Of a stretch of DNA of 64,000 nt, positions 13,272 to 26,800 are shown in pieces. The DNA comes from Ascidiella aspersa (lineage: Eukaryota), in NCBI GenBank assembly GCA_963924565.1, contig OZ004610.1, forward strand, positions 34,906,001 through 34,970,000. Reading direction: 5' to 3'. Position numbers and translations under genes: made by a program. The notes under the pieces were generated by a model. That model was not told the origin of the DNA, ran no database searches, and worked only from the letters and a program-made list of their open reading frames with translations. How positions within the stretch are numbered: the first letter of the stretch is position 1; every line of letters begins with the position of its first letter.

Positions 13272-16200
13272 TCACACGTCGATAGTTGTGGTGATCGCTT
13301 CTTCTGTGATCACTTTCATCGCCTCGAACATTTCGCGGCAGTTGTCGGGAATCTGAAGAAAAACAATTTCGTAAAAACGCGAAGCAATAATTAGAATAAT
13401 GACGTCAAGAAATGGTACGGAAAGTTTAGGGTTAACCGAGGCAGAACAATGTAAATAATCAAAAGTTACGTCACAAACTTTAGAAATATTTCGCAAGAGC
13501 TAAAAAATTCAGCGGTGTCTAAAAAATACTATTGCTAGGTCATGATTGGGGTTGTACAATATTTGACTTTTTGTTCCGATTTCGATACTCGATGTATTGG
13601 AAAGAAATTATCGTGATCCGATATGATACAAATGACGTCATTACTACGTCAAACAAGCAAAATAGATCAAATTTAACATTCGGAGGTGTTTCCTTAAGGT
13701 TATTAAGCCAAGTCAGGCTTTGATCGGCACCGATACAACCCTAGTATCGGACCAGTACCGAGAATAGCCCAGGTCATTGACCTCACCTGCTCTTTAGCTT
13801 ACCCAAGGTCATTGACCTCACCTGCTCTTTAGGTAACCCAATGTCATTGACCTCACCTGCTCTTTAGGTTACCCAAGGTCATTGACCTCACCTGCTCTTT
13901 AGGTTACCCCAGGTCATTGACCTCACCTGCTCTTCAGGAAGCAGGAATCCGAATTCTCCGGTGTCTCTTAACTCGATGGTCCATGATAGGGGAATCCCCT
14001 GCAACCAAGTGAAATCCTTGGCACCTCCAGAAACTCCATCTGCAAAAACAAGCGGGGTTAGAAGTCGGTGGGTCGTGGGTTTAAATCGCGCCACAGCACT
14101 TACACATCGATGTAGTTCCAGGTCCGTAAGTGTATTTCATCCCAGTTGTATCTAAGATCGCCTGAGCAGCTCGTTCTGACAAGTCGTCCTTTAAAACAAA
14201 GGAAGGAGTTATAATAAATAATTATTTATGCAGGGGAAAAAGCTACTGGTCGGCATCAAACCATTTCAGGTCAACAACAACGCTCAATAGGTTTGGAACT
14301 AAAAAAATCAACAGTTTTGTTGTATTTTTCTTTTAATCTGAATAATTAGATTTAGAATCATTTAAACATGTATGCTGCTTACCAGTTGTTCAGCATTGCT
14401 GGTTGATACGTTGGAGTAGGAGAAAGGGTAGACGAACACCTGCGTGTAGCTGTGGAAAGCAATGTACGCCTGCAAAACAAAGTTACAAGGGTTAGTAGTT
14501 CAGGCCTCAACAAACTAAGTTGTGCGAATTGTTTCGTGCAAGTTTTTGCTTGTCGTGTTTTCCCATTCGAAAGTTCATTTACACACGACGTTTACTTTAC
14601 ATTAACTTAAACATTGGATAATGTTCCGAGGGTTATTGGTTCGATGCCCACCTTGGCAGTGTCGCTGTGCTTCCTTATAAGGTCAGCGCTTGCTTTAACT
14701 TCTGGTTCGGATTCTACAGATGGTCCGTGGTAGGTTTGGCTGCAGGGGTCAGGGGAAGCCCCGGGTCCACTCCACGATACGTCGTAGTTCCTGTTCGCGT
14801 CGGTTCCAACGCAAAGACTGCCAGGGTTTAGCGATCGGGTTTTCCTCCACAAGCGATTCTAAACAAAACAAGATAAATATTTGTTAAAAAAAGTAAAGGT
14901 TTTATAGGGAGTTGAAAATTATTTGTCCAACTTCACAAAAATCTTAGTTTCTTGCCCAAAAAAAGGAAAGTAAAGTTAATGGGATATGACATATTTTAGT
15001 CGATCAGCCAAAGTTTTATGTAAACTACGAGTGGAGCGAGTCGTGAAACAACCATAGCGCCGTTTTTTGGGCTGGGGTTAGTGATATTTAGTAGCATCAA
15101 TTGAATCCTTACATCGGTCCAGGTGTAATCGTATCCATCCACGTTAAGAAGCGGAATAATGACCCAAGTCATCTCGTCCATCATTCGACCAACCTGAGGG
15201 TCGCTTGCGTATTCGGTGAGCATCTGTAAACAACACAATCTTACAACACAAATCGCAGTTTGGTCGTAAATACGAACAATGTGTTTCAAATAAACAACGC
15301 TTATAATCCACCACCTATTCAGCAATGTAAAGCGTATGAAATCAGGACAAAACACGTTTAATGTTTACAATACGAAAATTAGTGAACTTTAAAACCAATA
15401 AACTCCGATTTTAAAGCATACTAGAAGTGTGTTTACCCTGTGCACAAAGTACTGGCAGAATGCAGGAGCTATCCACTCCCGGGCGTGAATTCCACAGTCG
15501 ATGATGAACTCCGGCTTGTCAGTGGACGACCCCAGGGTCAGCTTGGGGATTAACCTTCCTTCTGTGCTGAAGGCGAGTTCTTCCCATCGAGCCAATTTCG
15601 GGAATGCATTGCTGATGTCACGTGACCATTGAACGATCTAAATCGATGCAATATGTCATCTCGTGGCACGCCTGCAATCGACACTATACCTCACCTCTTC
15701 GTATGTGTGATACTTGTAGTAGTCGTAACCCTCACTTTTGCCCGATCTTTTCGAATTGTGTTGATTCTCCATCAACTCTTGCACGTTCGAGATCTTTGTC
15801 TGAATAAATGTCAAACTTGTTTTTCGGTTGGCTCGCTATTACACTTTTAACTAGAACTATACTACATAACCATTTTATTCAACAATTGTGGTTGTAGGGT
15901 TACAAAATTACTTTATCGAACAAAAGTAACTCTAAATCCTCACCTGGTAAAATAGACCTGACTTTTCTATTTTCGACAAAATTCCTTTTAGAAAATGTCT
16001 GTGACGTAATAATTACAATTATTACTCATTAGTTTAACAAAGAGTCGATTTTATTGAATTCACGCTTGACTGACCTCGGTACCCTTATGTCCACTGGGTG
16101 TCCTACTTGCACTGAATCTGCTGAGTCAGGATACCAGAAATCCACCTGACAAAAAATGCAATGTCATGCTCGAGGAATAAATTCCTAAGGTCGAGGGTTC

Positions 16201-16739
16201 GAATCCCAAGTAGGCTACTTCGGGTTGGCATATTGATTTTCGCTATATTTGCTTAAAAGTTATTTAAATATCAAAAACGAAAATTGCTTCATTGAAACGT
16301 GCATTTTCATAAAGACGTAGAAATTGTTAATAAAATGTGGAATATAATTTACTTAGTGCATATTAAGGTTGATTAAGATGTTTATGTTTTACTGACCAAT
16401 CCTGTAACTTGACCAAACTCCTGGATGACCTCCAAATGACCTTGAGTTTGTGGGAAAAGAGTCAGAACTTGATCCCTTTAAAAACAAAGTAACTTTAAAA
16501 ACTTTTCATACGAGCATTTATGCAGACTACACATTTGGTCAGTTGTAGAAGAAACTAGCGGCAAGGTAATCTAACTTGCATTGGACGCATTGCCCTGGTT
16601 TTAGGCAACAATCCTTTAAAGCAATTTGCTAAAAGCTTAACATTATACGATGGTGATTGAGCCAATAAACAACTTACCCGTCAAATCTGAGCTTTGAAGC
16701 GCAAACGACTGAAATGAGCAAGCTTAATATCAACTTCAT
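13272..16739 (-). CDS. M14A zinc carboxypeptidase (CPA/CPB/CPO family) preproenzyme, copy 1, about 12 exons
   Basis: ATG at 16739 ([15 protein letters not shown] signal peptide). Exons 16678-16739, 16397-16475, 16075-16145, 15944-15998, 15695-15799, 15437-15637, ~15112-15223, ~14652-14858, ~14382-14469, ~14104-14188, 13927-~14039, 13272-13352. Motifs: [50 protein letters not shown]. Confidence 0.93.
13768..13940 (-). repeat. 35-bp tandem repeat (5 copies) spanning a carboxypeptidase exon/intron donor junction
   Basis: CCTCACCTGC recurs at 13781, 13816, 13851, 13886 and 13921. The unit on the minus strand is AAGAGCAG|GTGAGGTCAATGACCTTGGGTAACCTA. Confidence 0.93.
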
Positions 16740-18544
16740 GGTGATCACTAAACCTTGCTTGTAGTTGCTTCTGTTGGTGAAATACTTGTGAATGTTGCAC
16801 TAAATACTTGTGAATGTTGCAACAAGTTGTCGGTGGCTCGAAGCATCTGCTTTGCTTCTCACGATGCTAACATCACGCGTCAGCATTTTACTTATCGCTT
16901 CTGTTTGGATAACAAGCGGCAGATACCTGTTTGTTCGTCAACTTTTGTTCCTTAAATAGATGGCCATCGCACCAAGAAAATCGAGGAACGTTTTAATTAA
17001 TCATCAAAATTGTGGCAAATGTAAGGTATTGACTTACATATTAAAAGTTTATTTATGTTTAAATTTGTTTATATTATTTTGCTAAAATGGGACACATCGT
17101 GTTTATTCTTACGTCACAGAAGGAATTATTCCACAATATATAGCCCACTTCCAATACCCCCAAAAAACCGAACAGGTGGTTGCTGAATGACAGTGCGAAT
17201 TAAATGAATTCGTCACCAGCTATGCGGTTATATTTGTTGCTAATGTTGTCAGTTAATTCTGGTTAAGTCATTTTTTTGCTTGTTAACGAATGTTATAAAA
17301 ATATATCTGGAACGAAAACAAATTGGCTTCCATTTTATAACTCGACTTCGTTTTGCGTTTGCGACATTTTTTCAACAAAATGTTTAATTTTTTGAACAAT
17401 CGGACTGTGCTATAACTGAATATAGCATTCCCTTTTAACAGCTGTGATAATTCTACTATCTTATCTAATATGAAGTACGTTTTATACGTCAATAAAGTCC
17501 ACTCATATGTGACCAACGCCCACAGCGAGGTCTTTTACCACAATTTCATTCCATTATGTTTTAATCTGCTTCGCCAACTGCCCGGATAATCGAGTATGCT
17601 TTCGTTTGTGCTGAGACCTAATTGTGAATATACTCAACGATCAATATCAACTAAGCGAAAAGTAAGTCATGAGTTCAAGAAGTTTATAACAGGTATTTTT
17701 GGCGGCCTGCTTATTTAGAGTCAAATATATACAATGAACGTGTGGGAGGCTTAGGCAGCCGTCGGCGCTCTTAAGAGCCAGCGCCATACTGACCCTAAAC
17801 CTTAGTCCACAAGTAAACCAATGTTTCTCAACGTCCTGTATTTTTCCAATGCAATATCCAATTTAATGGCAAGTAATGTCCGTTGTTTAAACAAACTTTA
17901 AAGTGTAGTATATTTGTCAAATGCCAAGCTCTTGTAGTGGCTTTTAACTTAGGACACTTAACACCCGTGATACCCTTAGACGAGATGGAAACATGACCAT
18001 AGGACAACTGTCTTACAATACAAAATCAATGCACAATCACAAATTGTGTTTTGAACGTGGTTTGGTTAAAAGCGTTACCGGTACCCATTAAAACGACCTA
18101 ACATGAACAGCGGCTTTGTAATCTGATTATAGAATTTGGACATAATGTGCATTATGGGGGTCACACCTTGATACTTATTAACCAATGAAATCGTCTAGAA
18201 ATGCTTTTAATAAATCGGAAATCATTTGATCGTTGATTTATGTAATCCATTCAAACTTTAGAATGTTGTTAAAGTTAAATTGAGTAAATAATTTAAACAA
18301 AACGATAAAATATTGCATTTAAATGGATCATTGTACACAAAAACCCACTCTTCCAATCCAAATTGCCAACATTTTTGTTTGATTTGAAACAAAAAAATTA
18401 AAAAAAATTAATGCAACAATTTTCTAAAAAAAAGTAACAGCTAGTTTTCACAAAAAAACACAACAAAATTGTTTTATTGTTCTAAATATTTGTCGTTGTA
18501 TGTATTTATTTGCGGAGGTTCGTTATTGCGCCGACATTATGACG

Positions 18545-21500
18545 TCACACATCGATGTGTGACGTAATCGCTTCTTCGGTGATTTCTTTCATCGCTTCGA
18601 ACATTTCTTTACAATTTCCCTCGATCTAAAAAAGTAGAAAAAACACAAGTTTATGCTGACGTCACCAATAGTGAGCGAATATTGACAAGAGTGTTCCAAA
18701 CCGAGGATGTGGCAAGTAAAGTGGTCAATTTACTTGTTCACCAACTTTGTGCGTGATTTGAGGGTTTGTTCGACGTTGAATTCGATGCCAAAACAGCGGC
18801 GCCCAAACGTCCAGCAATTTACTAATTTACAAAAGGTGGGAAATAAAAAGCGAAATGGAAGGGTAGCAAGGTACCATGGTGTGTCTGTTCTGACCGGGCT
18901 GAGGTGCCATGGCGGACTCTCTTGTTGAGAGCAAGTACTGAATGTGGGGAAAATACTACTATTATAACACAAATAGGAATTCAGTTTGGTAGATAAAGCT
19001 CCCACTACATAGAGGCATTTACTGCCACCACTTACATTCACTAACCAGGCGGATTTAAATTCCTCAATAGACAATTTAGGACTTATTTCGATATATTTAT
19101 GGCTTCCACAGGTGAAGTCTTACTCCGACGTAGACATTACGTCCTATTGTGAGGATTTTATTGTAATTAAGGCAGTTCTCTCCTTAGATATTTCTTATAA
19201 ATATTAAACTTACGTGATTCTCTGGAAGCAGGAATCCGTAATACCCGGTGTCTCTCAACTCGATGGTCCATGAGAGGGGAATCCCCTGCAACCAGGCGAA
19301 ATCCTTGGCACCTCCAGAAACTCCATCTGCAAAAATAAGCAGGGTTAGAAGTCGGTGGGTCGTGGGTTCGAACCCCGCGACAGCACTTACACATCGCTGT
19401 AGTTCCAGGCCCGTAAGTGTAAACCATTCCGGTTGTTTTTCTCAACTTGTCAGCGGCTCGCTTTGAAACGTCGTACTGCAAATAGAATTTGTTAAGATCT
19501 GTGCAGCAATACAGTAAGATTTGCACAATTCAACAGATACACCAGTGTAAAGCACGATACACAACTAAAAAGCAACAACCGCATTTTTTTAATTGCAGAA
19601 CGTGTTTGCAAATGCAAGAATTTTTTAAAGACTCATTGTAGTTTCCCACTTCATGGAAATCTTTAGTAAAAGGCGAAAGATTTACACGTTCAATGAGTTT
19701 TTTTCTTTTCTTACAAACATGCCTTTTACATTCGTGATAAAAATGAAATATAGCGTTCCTTGACATGTTTGAGGTTAAGAGCTTACCAGTTGATCAGCAT
19801 TGCTGGTTGGGTTGTTAGTGTATGAGAAAGGGTAAACGAACACTTGACCATAGCTGTGGAAAGCAACGTACGCCTGACGAAAACACAACGTTTTTAAACG
19901 CAAAACAAACGTAAACATCAGCAACTGTTGAATACGCCAAAAGAGTAAAAATACGTTGTTGAGGGTGTTGGTGTTGAAAAACTTATGTGCATAGGATTTC
20001 GTTTGTTCGATCATTATTTAAAAATAAAAAAAAGTAAAAAACAGCAACAAAATCTTTGGGATTGGTTCGAATCTATAAATTAAAGTATAAATTATGGGCG
20101 CGAGATTCGAACTCACGGTCTCCAAACAACGACAAGAACTCTAAGAGATAATCCTATTGCTAAAAATGTGCGCCAATCCTCTGTAAAATTGAATATTGGT
20201 TTACCACAAAGGTTCTTGTTTGTCAGGTAATTACTAACGCCACTTCTATTTTGGCTACTGTGCCTTCATTCAGCAGTTGTTAACCCACTAAGTTTCCTGT
20301 TAAGGAAAGTGTTTTCCCACGTAACGTTTACTTTACATTAGTGGTTCTCAATCTTCTTTTCACTGCGTACCACCTCGAGGTTCTATGGTCTTGTTGCGTA
20401 CCACCAATTATCGAAAAACTTAACTCTACTCAAAATGTATATAGGATTATTAACAGGGGCGGATTAGCTAATTAGTTAGCCCGGAAATTTAGAAACAAAT
20501 GCGGCCCACCTCAAAAAAGTTTCCCTTTTTTAACTTTACAAGATACTGGTCAAGTTTTGTGATTCTTTGTTGTTTGCTATGATGTCATTAAATAAATTTG
20601 CATAGATGTTCCGGAAAGATTATAGTTCTTATCGTTTATGAAGCATAAAATATTTAACTATACAATAATTACGATCAATGTATTTATTACAATACAAAAA
20701 AATGCTTAACCTTTTGGTAAAACTGTAATTTTACTTAAAAACATCTGTGTACAGCGTACCACCCAAAATGACTTTGCGTACCACTAGTGGTACGTGTACC
20801 ACAGGTTGAGAACCACTGCTTTACATTAACTTAAACATTGGCTTATATTCCGAGGGTGATTGGTTCGATGCCCACCCTGGCAGTGTCGCTGTGCTTCCTT
20901 ATAAGGTCAGCGCTTGCTTTAACTTCTGGTTCGGATTCTACAGATGGTCCGTGGTAGGTTTGGCTGCAGGGGTCAGGGGAAGCCCCGGGTCCACTCCACG
21001 ATACGTCGTAGTTCCTGTTCGCGTCGGTTCCAACGCAAAGACTGCCAGGGTTTAGCGATCGGGTTTTCCTCCACAAGCGATCCTAAACAAAACAAGATAA
21101 ATATTTGTTAAAAAAAGTAAAGGTTTTATAGGGAGTTGAAAATTATTTGTCCAACTTCACAAAAATCTTAGTTTCTTGCCCAAAAAAAGGAGAGTATTAA
21201 TGAGATATTACATATTTTAGTCGATCAGCCAAAGTTTTATGTGAACTACGAGTGGAGCAAGTCGAGAAACAACCATAGCCTGCTACATCTTGTTCGTAAA
21301 CTAGTCTGCGGCGAGGTTCGAACTCACGACCTCGGTTATACTAGCAACGTCGCTCTACCAACTGATATGTGTTCAGTTGTAAATAAAGTTGATTAGTTGA
21401 ACTTCTTAAGGGCTGAGGTTACTGATATTTAGTAGCAACTATTTCCTGCTTACTTTCTCCCAGCTGTGTTTGTATCCATCCACGTTAAGAAGCGGAATAA

Positions 21501-23077
21501 TGATCCAAGTCATCTCGTCCATCATTCGACCAACCTGAGGGTCGCTTGAGTATTCGGTGAGCATCTGTAAATATCACAATCTTTATAGGAACATGGCATT
21601 TTAAAATAAACAACGCTCTTGATCTCACCCACACTTTGCAACGTAAATCGTAAGAAAGAGTGACGTAACACGTTTATGTATACAATAGAAAAAAATGAGA
21701 AATACAATTAACTGCCAATTATAAACACACACTAGAACGGTGTTGTTTAGTAAAGTTTAAAACGATTACTAAAAAACAGGATTTAAAGCATACTAGAAGT
21801 GTGTTTAGGTTACCCTGTGCACAAAGTACTGGCAGAATGCAGGAGCTATCCACTCTCTGGCGTGAATTCCACAGTCGATGATGAACTCTGGCTTGTCAGT
21901 GGACGACCCCAGGGTCAGCTTGGGAATTAACCTTCCTTCTGTGCTGAAGGCGAGTTCTTCCCATCGAGCCAATGTCGGGAATGCATCGCTGATGTCACGT
22001 GACCATAGAATGATCTAAATCGATGCTATATGTCATCTCGTGGCACGCCTGCAATCGACACTATACCTCACCTCGTCGTATGTGTGATACTTGTAGTAGT
22101 CGTAACCCTCACTTTTGCCCGATCTTTTCGAATTGAGTTGATTCTCCACCAACTCTTGCACGTTCGAGATCTTCGTCTGAATAAATTTCAAACATGTTTT
22201 TCGGTTTGCTCGCTATTGCACCTTTTAACTAGAACTTTACTACAGCATTTTAAACAACATTTGTGGTTGTAGGATTACAAAATTACTTTATCGAACAAAA
22301 GTAACTCTAAATCCTCACCTGGTAAAATAGACCTGACTTTTCTATTTTCGACAAAATCCCTTTTAGAAAATGTCTGTGACGTAATAATAACAATTATTAC
22401 TCATTAGTTTAACAAAGAGTCGATTTTATTAAATTCACGCTTGACTGACCTCGGTACCCTTATGTCCACTGGGTGTCCTACTTGCACTGAATCTGCTGAG
22501 TCAGGATACCAGAAATCCACCTGAGAAAAAGTGCAGTGTCATGCTCAAGGAATAAATTCCTAAGGTCGAGGGTTTGAACCCCAAGTAATCCGAGTTTGCA
22601 TAATGTGGTGTTCGCTATTTTTTCTTAAGTTATTTTTATATATAAACGGATGTTTTTTAAAATTGTGAATAAAATATGGAATAGATTTCACTTAGTGCAT
22701 ATTAAGGTTGATTAATATGTTTATGTTTTACTGACCAATCCTGTAACTTGACCAAACTCCTGGATGACCTTCAAATGACCTTGAGTTTGTGGGAAAAGAG
22801 TCAGAACTTGATCCCTTTAAAAACAAAGTAAATTTAAAAACTTTTCATACGAGCATTTATGCAGACTACACTTTGGTCAGTTGTAGAAGAAACTAGCGGC
22901 AAGGTAATCTAACTTGCATTAGACGCATTGACCTGGTTTTAGGCAACAATCCTTTAAAGCAATTTGCTAAAAGCTTAACATAATACGATGGTGATGATTC
23001 AATAAAGCAACTTACCCGTCAAATCTGAGCTTTGAAGCGCAAACGACTGAAATGAGCAAGCTTAAGATCAACTTCAT
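18545..23077 (-). CDS. M14A zinc carboxypeptidase preproenzyme, copy 2 (tandem paralog)
   Basis: ATG at 23077. Same exon series and motifs as copy 1, with long near-identical stretches including introns. Last exon [26 protein letters not shown], stop at 18545-18547. Confidence 0.92.
20339..20818. mobile_element. non-autonomous hAT MITE in a carboxypeptidase copy 2 intron
   Basis: TIRs TAGTGGTTCTCAA / TTGAGAACCACTG and a perfect 8-bp TSD CTTTACAT. The empty site is visible in copy 1 at about 14595. Confidence 0.92.
21304..21366 (-). mobile_element. tRNA-derived SINE head / tRNA-like pseudogene fragment
   Basis: Minus strand reads TCAGTTGGTAGAGCG (A box) ... GAGGTCGTGAGTTCGAACCTCGC (B box/T arm). 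It is absent from the matching intron of copy 1, and there is no complete cloverleaf. Confidence 0.6.
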
Positions 23078-23807
23078 GATGATCACTACACCTTGCTTTA
23101 AGTTGCTTGTGTAGGTGAAATACTTGTGAATGTTGCACTAAATACTTGTGAATGTTGCAACAAGTTGTCGGTGGCTCGAAGCATCTGCTTTGCTTCTCAC
23201 GCTGCCAACATCACGCGTCAGCATTTTACCTATCGCTTCTGTTTGAATAACAAGCGAGCGATGCGGGAGTGTTGAAAGTTAGTTCGATAACTCCGATCCT
23301 GACCATTCTGCCATCTCCTTGAATGTAATTAAACTACAATTACAGTTGCATATTTATGCACCAGTGAACTTGCAGTGGCGCTCCTTCTTGACTTGCTTTG
23401 ATAAAAAACTTGACTGGGTCTTGAGTTATTTTTACTAATGACTTGACTTGGACGTAGGTTTTTTCAAACGACTTGTTTACAACACTGTTGGGCAAAACAT
23501 CGAACTAAAACCTCAGATTTCAGATTAAGGTTAACTTCTTTCAAGCGTTCCGTTATAACGTAACAGAAAATATTTTATTTTCACCCCTGGTCCAAACGTA
23601 AACTGTAAAAAAGATTTAAAAAGAAACACAAGACGGCAGCCAAAATAAAGGAGACACAAGAACACAAGATGGCGGCCAATTCCACAGGTTTTTAACCTTC
23701 TCGCCTTTCGAGAGAACAGCGAGAAGAAGGCAGTGACGTTGCAGTTGTTGAAGGCTCTCTCGTTTTATTTTGCAAGTTTTTGCGATTTATTTTTTTAAAG
23801 TTTGAAG

Positions 23808-26800
23808 ATGTTTCACAGAAATGCCGTGGCATTTTCTGCCATAAACCTTGCTTCTTCGTTGATGAACTCTGTTTTCTTCTTCTATTACGTGAAGTTGTTT
23901 CTCGACCAATACAAAGTGCCTTCGTCATGGTTCCAAATCGCCCAAGTAAGTAGTAATAGTGGTTCTATTGTAAAGTAGCTTTGAGTTATTGAATTTGAAA
24001 AACCCTAACTCATTTAGACATAAGCTCAAATGCTTTTTTTGACATGATAGGTTTTTTTTTTCAAATGCTGTCAGGCAGGACTTACCAATGTATGAAGAAC
24101 ATCCTAAATCTTTAAATAGTGTGCACACCTTTTTGATTCTACATGTGCATGAGCAATTTCATTCCTGGCATACTAGATGTCATAAAATGCCGTTATCTGG
24201 AGTCTAGGCCAGTGTTTCTCAACCTTTAATAGTAGTAGCCTCAATAGTATTTCAACTATCTGTGCTCCCCAGCCCCATTGCATTTCAGTGCTTTGCTCCA
24301 AAATATCTTTGGCGTGGAACGCTTGCCCAAAACCATGCTAGTGACATCATTTGCTATGAGATACCACCATGTTACCTTGAAACGTAACATTTTGGCAAGT
24401 ATATGTCATGATTTTAAGCGTACAATTTTAGTGAAAAACATTTTGGTGCTCACTTTTGGCCGCCACAAGTTACGGAATGCAGTTCGTGCCACCTGTATAG
24501 TTATAAGTAAGGTCTCTTAAGTCAAGTTTAGGTTAAAAAGTTTATAGTTTGATTATATATGCTCATGGCCCCAAAGATCCAAGAAAAGGGTTAGGGTTAG
24601 GAAACCCTAAATGTATCCATTTTTTTGTTTAATTTTTTCCATCCTTAATACCTAACTTATGTTCCAGGTAATTTACATGCTTTGGAATGCAATCAACGAC
24701 CCGCTGTTTGGATATTTCCAGGACAATTCAAACTGGTCATTTTGTCGCAGCCGTAAAAAGGCGATTTACTACGGAGCTCCGATCTGGGCGCTCACATTCC
24801 TTCTCCCGTGGTTTCCATGGGCAGATTACGACAGTAAGTAAAATGTGATCAACTATTATGTCATTATAATGTTAAATTTTGTGTTATTCCCAGAGTTTCC
24901 TTGGGTAGCCGGCATCCATCTAATTGTGACACTTTGTGCTTACGACGCGATGTTAACGTTTGTTTTGCTTGCTCAGTGCGCTTTGTTCACAGAAATATCA
25001 ACCAAACAAGAAGATAGATTGAGACTTATCAAATACAACCAGGTCAGAGCATTAAGGCTCAATGAGAAAATTATTAATGTTGTGCCAGATGCTATTTTAA
25101 AGGAAACTGTTTTGTGACTAATGTCATAGTGTAGGCTGTATATTTCTTTTATTACAGCTGTATATTAATATTTTATAATTTTTTGAACTTGTTACCTATT
25201 TAGAAGCTTAATATCAGGGTTTAGTGTGTACAATTTGTACACACACTTTTTTCTTTACATCTCTTGTTATCAACATTTGTATACTTACTTTGACTCAATA
25301 AAGCATGGTTGCCATATTATTGTCCCACAGCTTCCACACCATATTGTTATTCACCCAGCTAATTTTATTTGTGCAGGTTGCATCAGTTATCGGCAGCACA
25401 AGCGTGTTTTGGTCCAGTTTGGTTTCCGACAACATGAAAAATTATTTTAATCTGAAGATATTCTGCGTCTGCATTGCTGTGGTCGCCTATCTTTGTTTAA
25501 GGTAAATACTTAACCTTTCAGACCTTATTAGAAAAATAAACCTTTTAAACAAATATTAAAACTACTAATTAAATATGTGTGTGAATGCAAATGGTGGAAA
25601 CATTTCAGAGTTTAATTCATCATAATATTTGTAAAACATGTTTTTGTAGGTATTCAAGTTTAAATGTTGTAACAAAGTATGAAGGTGCAGATATAAATTC
25701 GGTGTCAGAGCCGCTTGTTTCAAAAGAAAGCGAGAACTTTGGTTGGCGCGGCGCTCTTCAAACCACCAAAGAAATCCTTTTCAACAAAAACTTTTTTGTC
25801 TTTGTAATCATGAACTTTTTTCAGGTAAATTTAACAGTTCTGACATAATACAACAGATTAAAGAAACCTAATACCTCACAATTATTGTTCTAGGTATTCC
25901 ATGCAACTTTTTGTTCCAACTTTATGTTGATTTTTGCGAACCACTTGATTCCTCCCGGGGTTTTACCATCAGTTGCTATGAGCGCAATCTACGGAGCATC
26001 TTTTATTCTGCCACAAGTAAGCTACGTACAAAGTATATAACAGATCATTCTTCACCACAGTATGACCTGTTAGCTATTCTCACATGTGGCATTTTTTTGT
26101 AAAATTTGATTTGAAGGATTGTCACAAACCTCACTAAAATAAACCAAAGCATTCAATATTTTGTAATATGTTTACCATTTTGATAATGGTTGTAATATTT
26201 ACACTAATTCTACTAAACTATAAAATAATAATTCCTGTTTCTATCAAATCTTGTTATTATGCCACATCAATTCAAACTTGCTTTGTTTAATTGATAGTAT
26301 TAGATAATTAAATGTCACGGGTTAGCCAATATTTAGTTCTAAGACAAAATGTATGTTTTTCAGATGATAATTTTCCTCGGAGGGGCTGTGATCGCCAAGT
26401 TTGGCGTTTATCGCGTAGTAATGACAACATTTTTCATGCAAGCAATCTCCGCCACACTACTTTATTTTATTGGCATGAATGTTTATTGGCTTTTGGCATT
26501 TTTCTTTATATTAGACATGTAAGTTAATTAGAAGTTTATTTCTAGTCCAATGTTTATAAAAATACATTTATTATGCTTTATTTATTGATCGGATGTAAAA
26601 TATTATGAAGTATTGGATAAAAACCTTAGTTGTGTGATTTTTACAGAATGCAGTTCATTGGGATTCCACAAAATATATAACCCCTTTACTTATATTAACA
26701 AAGCGTTGGATGGGTTGAATTCCACTGTGATTAGGGTTAGTCAGGATGTCACCAACAGTCTATTGTAGTATTCTACTATACTTGGGTTATTTTCTGCTCT

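Noticed and set aside
21304-21366. Functional tRNA gene (also the B-box motifs at about 20100, 47580 and 53305)
   Set aside because: No complete acceptor or anticodon stems. Better explained as SINE relics.
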